From the human T2T-CHM13v2.0 reference genome, Homo sapiens, in NCBI RefSeq assembly GCF_009914755.1, contig NC_060927.1: DNA of 64,000 bases. One strand, given 5' to 3'. This document shows positions 60,147 through 64,000 of the stretch, in pieces. Under the pieces are notes generated by a model that was not told the origin of the DNA, ran no database searches, and worked only from the letters and a program-made list of their open reading frames with translations. The position numbers were made by a program, and so were the translations under genes. The stretch's first letter is position 1. Every line of letters begins with the position of its first letter.

Positions 60147-61345
60147 TACATTTTCTTCATTAGTAGCTTTGCCACCAGCACAGGCAGAGCTTTCTTTGAG
60201 CAATTGTGCATCATTATCCTGTTGTGACTCACAATGGCATCTGGCTCAAGAGTGATGGAGGTGTCCTCATATCTTAAACAATAACAAAACTCAGTGTGAT
60301 ATTCTTCTCTGACTTCCCAAGGCCTCGCAAAAGTGACTTCGTGTCCATATTTCCAGCTGCAAATTTTCTTTCTGGCCTTCATATTGGCTCTGGTCTTTTC
60401 CTATAAATCCCACCCCTTTCAAATATTCTCTAGGCCACAACACTTTGAGCTTAAGATGTTGCTGTGGATATGTTCATTCTGTACCTGAAAAGAGGCTTAA
60501 TATGGTGACAGTTCAGAGTCCAAGAAAGAAGATTTAGAAGATTTACAGACGATTTTATAGGTCTTTCTTTTTCTTCTTTTCTTACTTTCCCTGAAAAACC
60601 TGTTTCTTCCTTGGTGTGCATGTATACATGTTTGTTTTCCTAAAAGATCATGACCCTGAACTCAAATAACTAGGCTTCTGGTTTTTATTATAGGGATTGG
60701 TAATTATTCTGTCTGCCGTATGGATATAAATCCTCATGAATAACAGATTTGGGGCTGGACTCCATAGTGCAATCACTAAGGTCTTTCCTGTGTATATCAC
60801 TGTAAGTTCCTGAATTCTCTTATGATGTTCAAAAGGCCTACAATTGTGCAAAAAGTAAATATTGGAGTGTCCACATTGGCAATTTTGAATAAAGCTCAGA
60901 AGAATCTTGCAGCATGTGTGAGAATCACTTCCATGGGATGACTCACAGGCAACCTGCAGGAAATTGTTGAAGACCTTGCCAAACAACAATAAAAAGCATA
61001 AGCTACATGACTTCTCAATCCAGCTTATGTAAGGCATGTGCTTATATGAGAACTGGTATGCTTCAAGCCTTGGCTTGCCTTCCATGGTGCTCAGTGAGAG
61101 TGGTAGGGCTCATGCTTGCCAGGCTTATGATGCTGTATTTGCTTCTTGACATATGGTCACTGTAAGTTTCAGCACTAACTATTGCAGGTTTCATTGTCTT
61201 CTTCTAAACTCTATTTCAGACCAGATGAGGTATATCTTCTAGGGGCTAAGCTTCCCATCTTTATCATTTCTCCAATTATTGATGTGACATAAACATACGT
61301 CCTGCCATTTAAAGTGACTTCCCTTTTGCTTTTGGAGAACATTTT

Positions 61346-61702
61346 TGACATGGTTTGGCTGTGTCCCCACCCAAATCTCATCTTGAATTCCTACATGTTG
61401 TGGAAGGGACCTAGTGGGAGGTAATTGAATCATGGAAGCAGGTCTTTCCCGTGCTGTTCTTGTAACAGTAAGTCTCACGAGATCCGGTGGTCATCTGATG
61501 GTCATTATAACAGTGAGTTTTCCTGCACAAGCCTTCTTCTTCTCTTGTCTGCCGCCATGTGAGACGTGCCTTTCACTTTCCACATGGTTGTGAAGCTTCC
61601 CCAGCCATGTGGAACTGTCAGTTCTCCATTAAACCTCTTTCCCTTGTATACTGCCCAGTCTCAGGTATGTCTTTATCAGCAGTGTGAAAACGAATTAATA
61701 CA
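61346..61702 (+). mobile_element. THE1 (MaLR) solo LTR
   Basis: TG...CA termini (tgacatggtttggctgtgtccccacccaaatctcatcttgaattc...gtgtgaaaacgaattaataca); perfect 5-bp TSD atttt at 61341-61345 and 61703-61707. Confidence 0.95.
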
Positions 61703-62281
61703 ATTTTATTCTCTTACAAAAGCTAAATTACATAAATCAAAAGCTTTGACTTTAAAATAGACCCTCGAAAAGCCTATATTGTAAGGACTTTTTTTCTTTC
61801 TTTTTATATACCTGCTATGTTAAATTTCCTTGAGGCAGCATATATTGCCCAGATGCACTCTGGAACTTGCACGACTCAAGCACTGGGATCTTAGGTGTAG
61901 GAAGGCAGTAACTTTGATTTAGTGCTATCATTTCTGCTAAAGAATAGCTAAGGCAAAATAATTAACATAAAAATACTGGAAGCATTATTCAGTAAACAAT
62001 GTTTTGTGTCTGAAACATGCTACAGTATCACATGCGGGTAATACCCCTTTATTGATTAGCATATACTAGCTCCAGGACACTGTTTTTTTCTGATATAGAC
62101 ATGGGGTTTTACGGACCCTTTTAGCCCCAGTGCTTAGTACGGTAATTTGATTATTAAAATTCTTAATATATTTTCACTGAATAGGATAAGAGAAAAAGAA
62201 ACAGGAGATCTCAGTCATTTTAAGTTTTTATAGTCATAGAGAAAATGGCAATAATCTCAGGAATTGTAGACTGATCTAGGA

Positions 62282-62791
62282 CAGAAGTTTTCAAAGTTTT
62301 GAGACTTTGGACTCCTTTATATATTTAAAAATTATTGAGGATTTTAAATATTTTTAAAATATAAACTATACCTATTAATATTTACAGTATTAGATCTTAA
62401 AATAGAAAAAAATTAAAAATATTTATGGATTAATGTATTTAGTTCAGTAATAAACATGTGTTAACATGAATATATTTTTATATAAAATAACTCTTTTTCA
62501 GATCAGCAAACAGTATAATCAAAAGAGTGTCATTGTTTCACATTTTTGAAAATTCTTTTAAATATCTATATTAATAAAGACAGCTGGACTCTCATATCCA
62601 CTTCTGAGTTCAATCTGTTGTCATATCACATGTTGTGCAGCCTCTGGAAAACTTCACTATACGCTCTTCAGATAATAAATGTGAAAAGGCAAACAAGGTC
62701 TTAGTATTAGGAAAATAGTTTGACTTTATGAAAACCCTGAAAGGGTCTTAGGGAAATAGAGGCATCTCTGATCACATTTTGAAAACTGTTG
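62282..62791 (-). mobile_element. Charlie4a-like hAT DNA transposon relic
   Basis: cagctggactctcatatc...ttcaatctgttg...gcctctggaaaacttcact...gtcttagtatta...gaaaatagtttgac...ctgaaagggtct; TIR-like ends. Confidence 0.78.
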
Positions 62792-64000
62792 GCCTCATTA
62801 TTCATGGGTGGTTTTATTGTTTTCTTATAGCCACTAAATACAATCCTCAACAATTAAAAAAATACAAAAGTAAATAGATAAGCAAAAGAAACAAAGGAAA
62901 TATGGGGAAAAACTATTAATTCTCTCTATATCTATTTAATTCATACCCTTATAAATATACCTGTATGTTTAAAAAATTTTCCTAAACCAGAGTATATTTA
63001 ATGTGAAGTGCAAACTGAAGGAAGAAAAACAGATTTTCCATATTATTGTATCGATTTGTTTTGTATGGTATATTTACAAAGGTATGGTTAAAAAAATGTG
63101 TATTATATTTTTCTTAATGAGAAAAATATGACAACTTAGGACCACATAAGTAGAATCAAAATATCACAAAATTATTGAATTTTAGTTTTTAATGCTGTCA
63201 TCATTTATTTCAATAAAAGTTCCAGATATACTGAAATTTTAATAAAATGGAGACAGCAAATTTATTATACATCAACCAAATTCAAATTTATACACACTCG
63301 AAGCAACTCTCAAATGTGCCTAGGTAAAAGTGTTTGTAATTCAGCTTTGAAATATAAAACTAAAAGATAGGTGGCACATAAATTGGCATATAATTCATAA
63401 GCTGTGGTTTGTAGTCTTAAAGTTCAATAATGACTGTCAATATAATAAATACGTAAATAGGTGAGAATTGTTATTTATAATATCAAAATATAAAGCATAC
63501 AATGAAATTAAAACATTCAGAAATATTTGTGCATGTTCCAAATGGTCTCGCATCTTCTTCTACTGAGTTTTCGGAAAGTGTGTTTTTGTAAGCAGAGTGG
63601 TAAATGAGAGACATACACACAGAACAGAGCATAATATAAATAAGCTAGGACCTAAAATATGCTAGAACCTTTGTGTCTTTCTCCATACATAAATCAGAGA
63701 AACAACATTGATATCAGAATTGAGACTCAGACATTCAAATAGTAGAGATTTAATATCTCAGTATTAAAGAACTGAGAAATATACCATTATGATCTGTGTT
63801 TCTGCCAGTTATTTGTATTTGTATTATATGTGATTTATTTGACTTCCTTGGGAATTATCAGTCAAGATTCCACGTCACTAGCTCTCTATTTATATTATCT
63901 AAAGTCCTTTACAACTCCAGTTTGATTAGCCTTTTTCCTTTGAATAACAGCTTTTATTTTTTCCTGAATGGTTCATTTTACCTATTCTGTAGCCTGTATT

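Larger units (their letters stand above)
58080..61340 (-). pseudogene. Candidate highly decayed ARIH1/Ariadne-like RBR E3 ligase pseudogene
   Basis: Colinear minus-strand motifs resemble human ARIH1 as recalled: SHFKW (SHFNW), DGKLSP*KIY (DGNLEKLF), CSLCFL (CQICYL), QCGH (ECGH), TADRIITNP (TVMRLITDS), KYGHEVT (KYQHLIT), PDA, KWCHK (KWIKK), HVTI, NISYE*INFLSKAI (NMSWIEVQFLKKAV), IIFEN, QTVQD (QKVQD). Stops, frameshifts and larger-than-expected spacing are present. Matched by eye only. Confidence 0.55.

Overview
Human (primate) genomic DNA, AT-rich and CpG-poor, containing the 5' half of BCHE (butyrylcholinesterase) on the minus strand: promoter, exon 1 (42491-42639), intron 1, the 1525-bp exon 2 (34698-36222, signal peptide plus catalytic triad) and about 34.7 kb of intron 2. 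Exons 3-4 lie outside the window, left of position 1. The rest is mostly Alu, L1, L2, MIR, LTR and DNA-transposon relics plus microsatellites. Main items for a second look: (1) a colinear chain of ARIH1/Ariadne RBR-ligase-like peptide motifs on the minus strand at about 58.1-61.3 kb, a candidate decayed gene or retrocopy split by a THE1 LTR and a MER5A; (2) a candidate 124-bp poison exon in intron 2; (3) a ~380-bp non-tandem duplication within intron 2; (4) in-frame upstream AUGs, one inside a perfect hairpin, with the c.-32A (-116A) allele present; (5) a BANP-type CGCG element next to the TSS. All homology and repeat calls are by eye from remembered sequences; no database search was run.
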